Shown piece by piece: positions 11,291 through 23,863 of a stretch of 64,000 bases of DNA. The stretch is from positions 3,348,001 to 3,412,000 of the forward strand of contig OX597832.1 of the NCBI GenBank assembly GCA_951406725.2, written 5' to 3'. Both the position numbers and the translations under genes were made by a program. Positions within the stretch are counted from its first letter, which is position 1, and the number at the start of each line of letters is the position of its first letter. The notes under the pieces were generated by a model that saw nothing but the letters and a program-made list of their open reading frames with translations, did no database searches and was not told the DNA's origin. The DNA is from Octopus vulgaris. Lineage: Eukaryota.

Positions 11291-13072
11291 GTCACAGAGA
11301 GGGTCATAGCCCAACTAATTAGGGAGAGAGTTAGTTTAGGTGAGATGGAGTTTTGGTTTCTGCCAGGGAAAAGCACCACTGATGCAATATAACTGGTAAG
11401 ACAACTGCAGGAGAAATATCTAGCGAAAGATAAACCTCTGTACCTGGCTTTCATTGACATGGAGAAAGCCTTTGACAGGGTCCCCTGATCCTTTATATGA
11501 TGGTCAATGTGGAAACTAAGGATTGTAAGAGCTGTTCAAGCTATCTACAGCGATGCTGTCAGTAAGGTGAGGGTTGGTAATGAGTATAGTGAAGAATTCC
11601 GGGTAGGGGTAGTGGTCCACCAAGGATCAGTCCTGAGCCCCCTCTTATTCATTGTAGTCCTCCAATAGAGGAATTCCTCACAGGCTGCCCCTGCGAGCTT
11701 CTCTATGCCGATGACCTTTCTCTAATAGCTGAGTCATTATCAGAACTAGAGGAGAAGTTTCAGGTGTGGAAGCAAGGCCTAGAATCAAAGGGCCTTAGAG
11801 TCAATTTAGCAAAAACCAAAGTCATAATAAGAAGGAAGGCAGACAAATCACAAATCCCTTCAGGTAGATGGCCCTGCTTGATCTGTAGAAAAGGTGTAGG
11901 TAGAAACACCATAAGATGTACCCGGTGTAAGCTATGGGACACATAAAAGGTGCAACAATATGAAAGGAAGGCTAACTGGAAAGATAGATTTTGTATGTGG
12001 CAAATGCTCAGGAGCAATAAATGCTGACAATGTGCAGAAAACAGCTTCCGTCACATGCCAGGGGGAAAAACTCAAAGTAGTTGATAGCTTCCATTATCTA
12101 GGTGACCAAGTCAGTAACCAGGGTGGATGCTCTGAGAGTGTAACTGCTTGAATAAGAATAGCCTGGGCAAAGTTCAGAGAGCTTTGCAGGTGACAAAGGG
12201 CCTCTCACTCAGAGTAAGAGGTAAACTGTGTGTGGACATCCATGCTACATGGCAGTGAAACATGGGCTGTGACTGCTGAGGGCATGCATAAGCTTGCAAG
12301 GAATGATGCTAGTATGCTCCGCTGGATGTGTAGTGTCAGTGTGCATGCACGACAGAGTGTAAGCACCCTGAGAGAAAAGTTGGACACAAGAAGCATCAAA
12401 TGTGGTGTGCAAGAGAGACAACTGCACTGTTATGGTCATGTGTTGTGTGTGGATAAGGACAGCTGTGTAAAAAAAGTGTAACACCCTAACAGTAGTAGGA
12501 ACCTGTGGAAGAGGTAGACCCAGGAAGACCTGGGATGAAGTGGGGAAGTATGGCCTTCAAACGTTGGGCCTCAGAGAGGCAATGACAAGTGACTGAGACC
12601 TTTGGAGATATGCTGTGCTTGAGAAGACCTGGCAACCCAAGTGAGACCATAACCATGACCTATGCCCATGCAACATAACCGGCCCACTTAAAAGTACCCT
12701 TCAATCATTGGGTATTAAACTGCGCTTGCAAAGACCTGTTGAGTCAAGTGAAGTCATTGTCATAGCCGATGCCAGTGCTGCCTGTGTCAGTGGCACGTAA
12801 AAAGCACCATTCAAGCGTTGTCGATGCCAGTGCCACTTGACTGGCTCCCATGCCAGTATCGCGTAAAAAGCAACCACTGCACTCTTGGAGTGGTTGGTGT
12901 TAGGAAGGGCATCAAGCTGTAGAAACTCTGCCAGAATACGAAGATTGGAGAAACTTTGCCAGGTCAGATTGGAGCCTAGTGCAGCCTTCAGGCTTGCTAG
13001 CTCTCATTCAAACTGTCCAACCCATGCCAGCATGGAAAGCAGACGTTAAACGATGATAATGATAACGATGAT
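11291..13072 (+). mobile_element. 5'-truncated RTE-clade LINE, RT domain to 3' end (disrupted)
   Basis: RT motifs FIDMEKAFDRVP, VHQGSVLSPLLF and LLYADDL; MLHGSETW; GRGRPRKTW; (GAT)n tail; multiple stops and frameshifts. Confidence 0.93.
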
Positions 13073-13084
13073 ACATATACACAC

Positions 13085-13139
<55 letters not shown>

Positions 13140-13247
13140 AACATATACATATATATATATACATATTTACATATATATATACATATATATACATATAAAT
13201 ACATATATATATACATATATATACATATAAATACATATATATAAATA

Positions 13248-13359
<112 letters not shown>

Positions 13360-13450
13360 ATATAATTCGAGACAAAACCACTATTTTGCAAAACAAACAA
13401 GGAAAGACTTAATCAATACATAAAAAATTTTAATATAAAGAAATAAACCG

Positions 13451-13493
13451 CCACTACAATCGTTTCATGTCTTCAATGACATTCGTCAGGTGG
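13451..13493 (-). ncRNA. Minimal type I hammerhead ribozyme motif
   Basis: CCAC-CUGACGA-AUGUC(auugaa)GACAU-GAAAC-gauu-GUA-GUGG: stem I 4 bp, stem II 5 bp, all core nucleotides present. Confidence 0.85.
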
Positions 13494-13605
13494 ATTTTCG
13501 ATCTCCTAATCTGTTTTAATTTATGAAGTTATATATATATATATATATACATATATACATATATGTATATACATACACATATATGTATACATATATATTT
13601 ATATA

Positions 13606-13674
<69 letters not shown>

Positions 13675-13712
13675 CTATAATATATATATATATATATGTA
13701 TATATATCTATA

Positions 13713-13813
<101 letters not shown>

Positions 13814-14032
13814 TTAAATATATGTATATATATATATATATTTAAATATATGTATATATATATATATTGAAATATATATGTATATATATATATATTGAAA
13901 TATATATATATATATATGTATATATATATGTGTGTATATATATATGTATATATATATATATGTATATATATATGTATATATATATGTATATATATATATG
14001 CATATATATATGTATATATATATATGTGTGTG

Positions 14033-14135
<103 letters not shown>

Positions 14136-14275
14136 AGATAGATAGATATATATATACATATATACATGAGTTATAGTTAATACCTAACTGAACTCACATC
14201 TCTTTTTCTCATAGGGATAAATGTCAATCTCCTAGATTTCGTTTCTCAAGTCTTTTGTAAAAAATTTGTTTATAC

Positions 14276-14380
14276 TTCGTGCACTGAAGAGTGCAGTGAT
14301 ATAATTAATTTAATTAATTCAATTCAACCATGAATTTGCATGATTTTTATATCTCTGTACGAAACGATTGTCTGCATGAA
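14276..14380 (+). ncRNA. Type I hammerhead ribozyme motif with extended stem II
   Basis: UUCGUGCA-CUGAAGA-GUGCAGuGAUAUA...UAUAUCuCUGUAC-GAAAC-gauu-GUC-UGCAUGAA: stem I 8 bp, stem II about 13 bp, GUC triplet at 14370-14372. Confidence 0.85.
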
Positions 14381-14504
14381 TTAAAATTCTCTTATATATT
14401 CTAACATCTTGTCTCCCTTTTTAACAAAATTGTTGAGTTTTATAGGATTTTTTCCATAAATTCACACTATATATTTATATATATGTATATATATATATAT
14501 AAAT

Positions 14505-14607
<103 letters not shown>

Positions 14608-15245
14608 ATATATGTATATTTATATATATATATACATATATATATACATACATATATACATATATATATACACACACATATATGCATATATATATATATA
14701 TATACATACACACACACATGTGCATATATGTACACATACACACACACACATGTATATCAGAGATACTTTGTCGTAAGCCACAATGGCAAGAGGTTGCTTG
14801 TTTCTTTTAATACTGACCAGAGAAGTCACACTGCTGGGAAATTCTGCACTATCTTCAGCTGGTCAGTGCACCTTGCATGGAGTTGTCATTCGAAGACTAG
14901 ATTAGCTTCCACATTCTGAAGTGTTCCATTTGTGGACTCCTGTCATCAAAGCCAACTGGTTCTGGTCTCAGCTGCCATAACTAATGAATATTCTGGGGAC
15001 CCTCTTAATATATTTTCCCTTAGTTATCTTTTACAGGTGTCAGTCATATCATTATCTATGCTGAGGTTCCACATTTCTGATTTTAGTTGATTACATTCAC
15101 TGCATTCCTTTTTTCAGTAATTGATATATCCCACTCTGTGTAATTCATTTGAGTGGATATTTTCATTTCTCCCATGAATTTCTTTGTCATTTCTGCATTA
15201 TACCTTCTAAGATGTATATGTACATTATATATATTGTATATATAT

Positions 15246-15312
<67 letters not shown>

Positions 15313-15438
15313 ATAATATACATATATACATACAATATATATAATATACATGCATACATATATATATATAATAAACATAGATACATGTATATATATAATA
15401 TACATACATATATGCATATATATAATGTACATACATAC

Positions 15439-15496
<58 letters not shown>

Positions 15497-15708
15497 TATG
15501 TGTGTATATATATATATATATAGATAGATATTGTATATAAGAAAAAGGGACAGGCAAAACAGGTTGCTTGACCGTATACCGAAAAAATAGAAATAGCAGT
15601 CAAGAATGCTTATTTCTATCAAAGTTGGACTCCGGGCATGACAGACCCTTGTAATTCACATATGCAAAACAGAAGGAATAGATAACGAATACGAAGTCTG
15701 GCGGTTAT

Positions 15709-15819
15709 CTGTGAACATCATGTTTCTGGATTATAAACATATTGAATATATATTCCATATATTTTAGAAATATATTTCATATATATTGCATATATATTTC
15801 ACATCCTTCTTCAGCACAG
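15709..15819 (-). ncRNA. Type I hammerhead ribozyme motif with AT-rich loop II insert
   Basis: CUGUG-CUGAAGA-aGGAU...AUCCa-GAAAC-augau-GUU-CACAG: stem I 5 bp; A.A mismatch at the base of stem II. Confidence 0.7.
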
Positions 15820-16022
15820 CTTTCCATTGAAAAAGATTTATCATAGATTTATCAAATGCTACGTACCTCAAACCCTCTGACCATGCGACATCAAAATATT
15901 TGAAGAAAGTGAGCAAAGGCTAAATCTACATAGACGTTTGAATTCATAAATCTTCCCTCCAAAATTCTGCCATGCGCATTACAAAAATAGGTTGTCAAAG
16001 GGAGTGAAAAATCCAAATAGTA

Positions 16023-16152
16023 ATATTATGATAAGAGTAAATAATTTCTATAAAGGCTTTTAAAAAAACCCCAATTATACCGAATTCTACCAGTAAATAA
16101 TTGGGGTTTTTTTAAAAGCCTTTATAGAAATTATTTACTCTTATCATAATAT
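16023..16152. repeat. Perfect 56-bp inverted repeat (18-bp spacer)
   Basis: 16023-16078 is the reverse complement of 16097-16152; it ends the hammerhead-containing segment. Confidence 0.92.
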
Positions 16153-17376
16153 ATAGATAGATAGATAGATAGATAGATTGATAGATAGATAAATAGATAG
16201 GTAGACAGATTGATTGATGGATTACCGTCCTACCCATACCAGTGTAGAAAAATATTAAACAATGATGGTGGTGATGATGATAATTACACACACACACACA
16301 CATGCACACACACACATGTACGCACACACACACACACACACACACATCTTTATCCTTATATATTAATGTATTAAATGTTGGGCATGTTTTCTTGCAGTTA
16401 GGTTTCCTTCTGTTCCCTTTCCATTGAACAGTAAAATGGGAGAGGCACATATTTTCAGGTACAATATACAGTAACAACTGAGAGATTGAATTATTTCCCT
16501 ATAGATAGGTCATAACTGGCAAAAGGTAAACCTACATAGCTTGCCTGCTCCCTATTTTCCAGATATGTAGATAAACACATAACATTCCTATAGTAGATGG
16601 TGAGTGTGTAAAGGTGTGTGTGAGTATATGTATATACAAAGGCCTGTGGTTGTGAGTTTGTGTGTGTGTATTTGCATGCATGTATCTATTTGTGCTTGTC
16701 TGTGTGAGTATATGTGATTATATGGTTGTGGTTGAATCTATGTATATCTGCTGCTCAAGCTTGTGTTCATGAGTGTGTGTATATATGTGTGTGCCAATGT
16801 TGTGCATATCTACATGTGTATTTGTGTAGGTGATGGTGTGTATGTATATCTGTATATGTATTTGTGCATTTATTTGTGAATATTTGTGTATATGTGCATG
16901 TGCACACATTTCAGTGAATGTGTGTATGCACACACACACACTTGTATATGCCTATGTGAACACCTGAGTGTGTGCGTGAGTGCATATGTATGTATTTCAC
17001 TTTAAATAGATGTATCGTCACAGTCTTAATTATAATAATCATTGTTCTTGACTAACAACATTTGCCCTTATTCCTTCTTTACATCTCATCATCATCATCA
17101 TAATAATAATCCTTTCTACTATAGGCACAATGCTTGAAATTCGGGGGAGGGGAATGAGTTGACTACATCGACACCAGTGTTCAACTGGTACTGATTTTAT
17201 CCTGCAAACGTTTCTGCCAGCTTGCTGCCTTACTAATGGTAATAATAACATTAACAACAACAATAAAAATAAAAAATAATAATAATAATAATAGTCACCA
17301 TTATTCTATCAATCTTAATAATAATGATTAAGTAACATAGCAATCATCATCATCATCATCAAAATTGGGAGATATT

Positions 17377-17415
<39 letters not shown>

Positions 17416-17464
17416 TACATACATACATACATACATATATATATATATATATGCATACATACAT

Positions 17465-17809
<345 letters not shown>

Positions 17810-17826
17810 TATATATATATATAAAA

Positions 17827-17874
<48 letters not shown>

Positions 17875-17897
17875 GTGTGTGTATATGGTGTGTTATG

Positions 17898-18037
17898 AGA
17901 ATTTATGGAAAAGTATCCCATTGAAACTCAACAAATATGTTAAAAATGGAGAAGAGAAGATGTTAAAATTTGATCCTCTCTTCTCCATTTTTTAACATAC
18001 TTGTTGAGTTTCTATGGGATTCTTTTCCATAAATTCT
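17898..18037. repeat. ~60-bp near-perfect inverted repeat of a pLTR-like terminus
   Basis: 17898-17957 versus 17977-18037 (3 mismatches, 1 indel); the arm is homologous to sequence 3' of the 14276 hammerhead (about 14400-14465) and to about 1070-1143. Confidence 0.85.
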
Positions 18038-18192
18038 AATTTCATATCCGCATAAATCTTACGCCAGTAAGCTACCAGAAAAATATAAAGAATCTTTGTT
18101 AGAAATCACCCTTTGGAACCCTCCAAAGTAAAGGATGAAATACAATTCAACCTTTTCACACACACACACATGCATGTATATGCATGTATATA

Positions 18193-18233
<41 letters not shown>

Positions 18234-18238
18234 ATATA

Positions 18239-18294
<56 letters not shown>

Positions 18295-18543
18295 TATATA
18301 TGCATATATATATATGCAAGTATATATATATATATATATGTATGTATATATGCATGTATATATATATATATATATGTATATATGCATGTATATATATATA
18401 TATATGTATATATGCATGTATATATATATATATATGTATATATGCATGTATATATATATATATATATATATATATGTAGGTCCCGGGTTGAGTCGGGGTT
18501 AACCACAGTAAATAAGGTACTCAATACATAGCAGAGTAAATTA

Positions 18544-18639
18544 ATTTATTTTATAGAAGGAGCTTCTACAGGACTAGAACTGATGATTTCTTTTGAATGA
18601 AACAGTTCTAGTCCTGTAGAAGCTCCTTCTATAAAATAA

Positions 18640-18641
<2 letters not shown>
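18544..18641 (+). other. Perfect 39-bp inverted repeat enclosing a hammerhead core
   Basis: 18544-18582 is the reverse complement of 18603-18641; CTGATGA at 18580, UUC/GAA hairpin, GAAAC at 18599, GTC at 18611. Confidence 0.8.
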
Positions 18642-18676
<35 letters not shown>

Positions 18677-18700
18677 TATATATATATATATGCATATATA

Positions 18701-18888
<188 letters not shown>

Positions 18889-19982
18889 CACATATGTATA
18901 TATATATATGAAATGTAAGCACACACACATATACATATATTGTATATATTGTCTGCATATCTACATATATATTTATATATATGCTATATTATGGAACGAA
19001 TTTCCATTCACTTCCATGCTACATGGGAACCAATCAGAATTATGTTTCACATTATGGAATTTCACATTAGTCCAGATTATGAGGAAAACGGTGCTGCCTA
19101 CGCATTCACACTCACCACCCCCACACCCATGTATAGACATATATATATGTAAAATATGATATATTATAAAATGGTAGAATCTTAAGTCTTCAAAAATACT
19201 ATTCTTTTAATGAAAATAGTACAGCATTATAATACTGTAACATGTGTAATCCATTGAAGTAGCGGGATATGTCTCTTCTTCAATTCTCATCTAGAAATCT
19301 CAGTTGCTGATAACTTTTATAACGCCCATCAGGAAATGGCACGCAGAGAGTAAATAAAAAAATAATAAAAAAAACAAAACTTCTTCGCAGCTTTTGACAG
19401 TTGCGAATAGAAAAATGAATGCTCCCTTGTTGTTCGTAAAATATGTGTTCCTATGACAGTTTTGGTGTAGTTTTCTTCTTTCTCCTTTTATAGAGCCGAT
19501 TTTGGGTAGGGCTTTAGTTGAAAGTGTAATTTATACTACGCTCTACCAAGAAATATCATCAGTTTGATAAATTAATTTCTTTTTCGTCTTACAGCCAAAT
19601 ACAGAAAATAAACTAAATAAATTACTGGCAGCTGATAATACACACGATTTAAAAAGAAAAATAATTCTGATAAAACGTGGGAACATTTTACCCAAGTAGT
19701 TTTTGTTAGTTATTATTAACATGAGAGTTGACAATTGTCTTTTAGTGTTTTTTTTTCCCGATCTTCTTTGGATTATTAAAAACGTAGAAATAGATATGGT
19801 GAAGAATGAGAGAGATTAGAATAAGATATTGAAAGACTAAGAGTAAGGATATAGAATAAGGAGAGAGAGAGAGAAAGAGAGAGACTAGTTAATAGACTTT
19901 CCTAAATATATTACATATAAAATGGAAACATTTTTGATAGAATATCTGAAAGAAGAATTTAGAATGCGGTTGTAGTACTTAC

Positions 19983-20028
19983 AGAATTAACGGTACTGTG
20001 TGATATAACGATGAGTAACAGGAGGTAC
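19983..20028 (-). CDS. Second coding exon of a putative secreted or membrane protein (signal peptide, part 2)
   Basis: Acceptor TTTGTCTTTCTTCAACTAG, 46-nt exon, donor GTAAGT; in phase with the 20561-20595 exon, giving (G)YLLLLIVISHSTVNS. Confidence 0.68.
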
Positions 20029-20560
20029 CTAGTTGAAGAAAGACAAACGTGAATGAATATTTTTCATCTCTTTTGTTATATTTCTCTCATCATCATTATT
20101 ATCATCTTCCTTTAATTATTAATTGCATTTTCAATAATTACGCTATCCTCACCCTTAACCCTGTTACCACCACCACCATCATCATCATTATCATCATCAG
20201 TGTCATCCACAATCTAACGGCATCAATCCCACCTTCTTTTCCAATGACAATAGAAACGGTGTATATCTGTATGATGCTGATGATAATAATGATGGGGATG
20301 AAGCTGATGAGGATGATGAGAATAATGATAATAATGATGGTGTTGATAATGATGAAAATGTTGAATATGACAGGGATCGTGAAGATGAGAAAAATGATGA
20401 GGAAGATTGGAGTGATATTGATTGTGGTATGGTGAAGATGATGCAAATGATGATGATAGTGGTTTTCTCAGAGTGTTGAAGATAATAAATGAAGATAATA
20501 AAAAGAATGCATATATAATTTTAAAACTATATTTTCAATGTATGAAGTAAAAGAACTTAC

Positions 20561-20595
20561 CCTGAAAGTAATAATTTGTTAATTTGGTAATACAT
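20561..20595 (-). CDS. First coding exon of a putative secreted or membrane protein
   Basis: ATG at 20595, MYYQINKLLLS+GG, then donor GG/GTAAGT; the spliced product MYYQINKLLLSGYLLLLIVISHSTVNS is signal-peptide-like. Confidence 0.66.
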
Positions 20596-20869
20596 TTCGG
20601 CAGTTCTCTAACATCGGAGATTTCAGCAGTTCTCACACTAAATGTTTGATGTAAAAGTTTGCCGTCTTCACTTTACTTTAATCTCAATTCTTCCACTTGC
20701 ACACCACCGTGGGTAGCAAAGTGGAAAAATGGCACCTACAAGATTCAGCTAGTCTTGTAAAAGTAACAGCTTTTACCACTCGCTACTTTCAGCCATAGAT
20801 TCACTCACCTCAAGAAAACTACTTCAGTATGCCTCTCTTAGTTACTGCAAGTCCGCTGATTTAATTGAT

Positions 20870-21497
20870 GGGCGGAGCTACAAGAAACCCCCGGCTTTGC
20901 TAAAAGACAGCTGCTAAGCAAAGCTACGAAAAAACAAAATCAAAAGAAAAACCAAAAAAACAAAACAACAGGTTACCAAACTTCAATCAAAAATTCATTA
21001 AGAAACTAAATTATTTTAAATTATGAAAATTTTAGGAAACTAAAGTTGGATACGTAGGTTTGTAGAAAGAAAATTATTCATTGTTAACTATAATATTTTA
21101 CATCTTAATATAATATTTTTGTTCTTTCCACTAGACTTGTATCCTTTCCTTCTTGTCTGTCACCAAGCTTGAAAAGGATGAATGAATGAATTTTATATTC
21201 GTTGATTTAATGTTATTTTAGCAACATATGCCAGTAGGAATGACCTTCATTTACTGTAGAAAAACTAGTTTTTCTTATGTATGTATGTTAACTAATTGAT
21301 GTGACTGACGCAACAAGAATAAACAAAAATTAATTTTGATAAATTATTTGAATAATATAATTCTAATATATTGATTTGTTAAATATCCATGTAACTATTT
21401 AAAATTAGTTACATTTAGTAATAAATATTAAATTGTATGATATAACAAAAGAAACAAATAAAACAATAAGCGCCGTTCCGAAGGTGGTGGGCGGAGC
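20870..21497. promoter_or_regulatory. Putative bidirectional promoter with two GC boxes
   Basis: GGGCGGAGC at 20870-20878 and 21489-21497; locally CpG-richer and free of recognisable repeats; lies between two divergent first coding exons. Confidence 0.6.
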
Positions 21498-21721
21498 CAA
21501 GTAGCGACGGAGGAGTCGCCGAATTGCTTCTCATCGTCTATGATGTATCAGCCTCCGTTTTGAGACAACATGGAGGTGTGTATCTGATGCACGTCTGGAG
21601 CTTTGGCAAAAGAAACTTTCTCAAGGTTTGCGGCTAAGACTTTTCTTTTCTGGATGATGTTAAATATTAACTTCGAAGAAAGGATAGATACTTTTTTAAT
21701 CAATTTATAAACAAAATTGTA

Positions 21722-21805
21722 ATGGACGGAAAGCCTTTCGCCAAGTGTGTTGCTTTCAGCATTTTGCTAATTTTACTAGCGGTGAGATTTGAGAAAACAG
21801 AAGCG
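21722..21805 (+). CDS. First coding exon (signal peptide) of a putative secreted or membrane protein
   Basis: MDGKPFAKCVAFSILLILLAVRFEKTEA (basic N-region, hydrophobic core, T-E-A end) followed immediately by donor GCG/GTAAGT in phase 0; no downstream exon identified with confidence. Confidence 0.72.
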
Positions 21806-23304
21806 GTAAGTTCTGCCAAACTTTTCATCTTCCTCTCTTCTGTTCTCGTGTTCTTCAATGGTGTCTTTCGCAAAAAAATTGGTCTTTTTGTCATTCTGTG
21901 TCGAGAAATTATCGTATATTATATGAATATTTCAAGGGTACCGCTTTTCTGTTTATAAATGTCAATAAATTTCTTTATAGCATGACTTTTAAGTTAATTT
22001 AATCGTAGATATATCGATACATTTGTAGAGATAAGTATTCGCAGCGATATCTATTCAGAGTGATATTGATTAATTTTCTATATAAAGTTAGTTAATGCTT
22101 CAATTATTGATTTATAAAACAATTAGAGAACTTTAAAAAAAAATAAACATAAAACAAAACTATTTTCCTATTCAATGATAATAAAAGCGTAATTCTTTTG
22201 TGAAAAATATCTCAACAAGTTTCTTCGAGCTTATAAATAACTGTATAGCAAGCATTCGAAAACTGATCTATGTAAATTAACTCATTCATTAATTTATTGT
22301 TTATTGTGAAAGTAATACGGATCGATATCTGGTCGTTTAGATTAGCCATGCACGACATTTAAAATGTCGTCTGCAATTTTAAACATTCTTTATTCAATTT
22401 TTTGAACTATTAAATTTGCCAATAAGTAGAAAATATCAAAGAAGAAAGGGAAAATAGAAGAAACAAAGACATTAAAGTATATGGCAAAATTAAAAAAAAA
22501 AAAATCTTAACATTTAAAACAGTCAGATGTGAAGAAGGATGGTAGTGGTGGGTACCAAGGGAGCAATCATTATTTGAGAAGAGACCAGCAAGTGGTATTC
22601 TGAGAAAATATTTTCTGGAACAGCAAAAATTAAAACAATAAGATATGTAAATAAAAATTTTTTCTGCTATGAATTTGATTTACATTTAATATTAATTATT
22701 CCTTTTATATTTTAATTTTTGTATCCTTCCTTACATTGTCTTAGCAAACCTTTTCTTCTATACACCATATAAAAGAAAAATATTTTTTTATGTAATTTAA
22801 GAAAAATATTTTTTTATATAATCTAATAAAAATTCTAATGGATAAGGAAACTTCAGGTGAGAAATAAACTATTTAGATTAAGAGCGAAAGCTCTTAATTA
22901 GTAGTAAGAAAGTGAAGTTTCAATCAGACATTTTCAGTTCAATCATTCAATTTGTAATGTATGTATATTCCACACACATTCACAAACACTCATACAAACA
23001 TACATAGTCATGTGCATATATACACGTATAAGCATGCATTCATATTCAAATACAAGCATACATATATGTGTACAAACACAAAAATTGTATACGCTAACCA
23101 GCTCTAACTGTTGGGTACTCATACCAATACCTAAAATGGTCACAGGACTTATTTTTACAAATTTTAGTTGAATTACAATTTTTATTCGTAATATTCTTCA
23201 GAAAATGGAATAATTTTTGTTATCAATAATATATATATATATATATTATACATGTGTGTGCATATGTTTATATTTCTGTATATATACATATGTGTATATG
23301 CATC

Positions 23305-23361
<57 letters not shown>

Positions 23362-23482
23362 GCATGCATACATACATAGATACATACATATGTATATGTG
23401 TGTGTATATATAAATATATATATATGATGGACTTGTATATGTGTGTGTATATATAAATATATGTATATGATGGACTTGTATA

Positions 23483-23515
<33 letters not shown>

Positions 23516-23794
23516 GCATACGAGATTTTTATTAGTTAATTTGATAGTGCACCAGCATTGGAAGGCTATTTTAAAGTTTTATGTGGTTGACATACAGTTT
23601 GAATTCTTGTAGATTGACATTTTGCAAGATGTGTGGGTTGGAGGGAGTTCCAGAGGGCTGCAGTTCTTAGGAAGTGCTTAGTTAGGGGTTGGAGGGTGAG
23701 AGACTGATGTGATGATAGAGGAAGAGAAGTGAGTACATCAAGTGGGTTTGGGTGGCGTATTTCATGTCTGGCAGATAAATAGATAGATAGACAG

Positions 23795-23863
<69 letters not shown>

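Noticed and set aside
20049-20460. Met/Ile-rich ORFs and an Asp/Glu-rich frame
   Set aside because: Degenerate (CAT)n/(GAT)n repeat inside the predicted intron; no convincing splice sites
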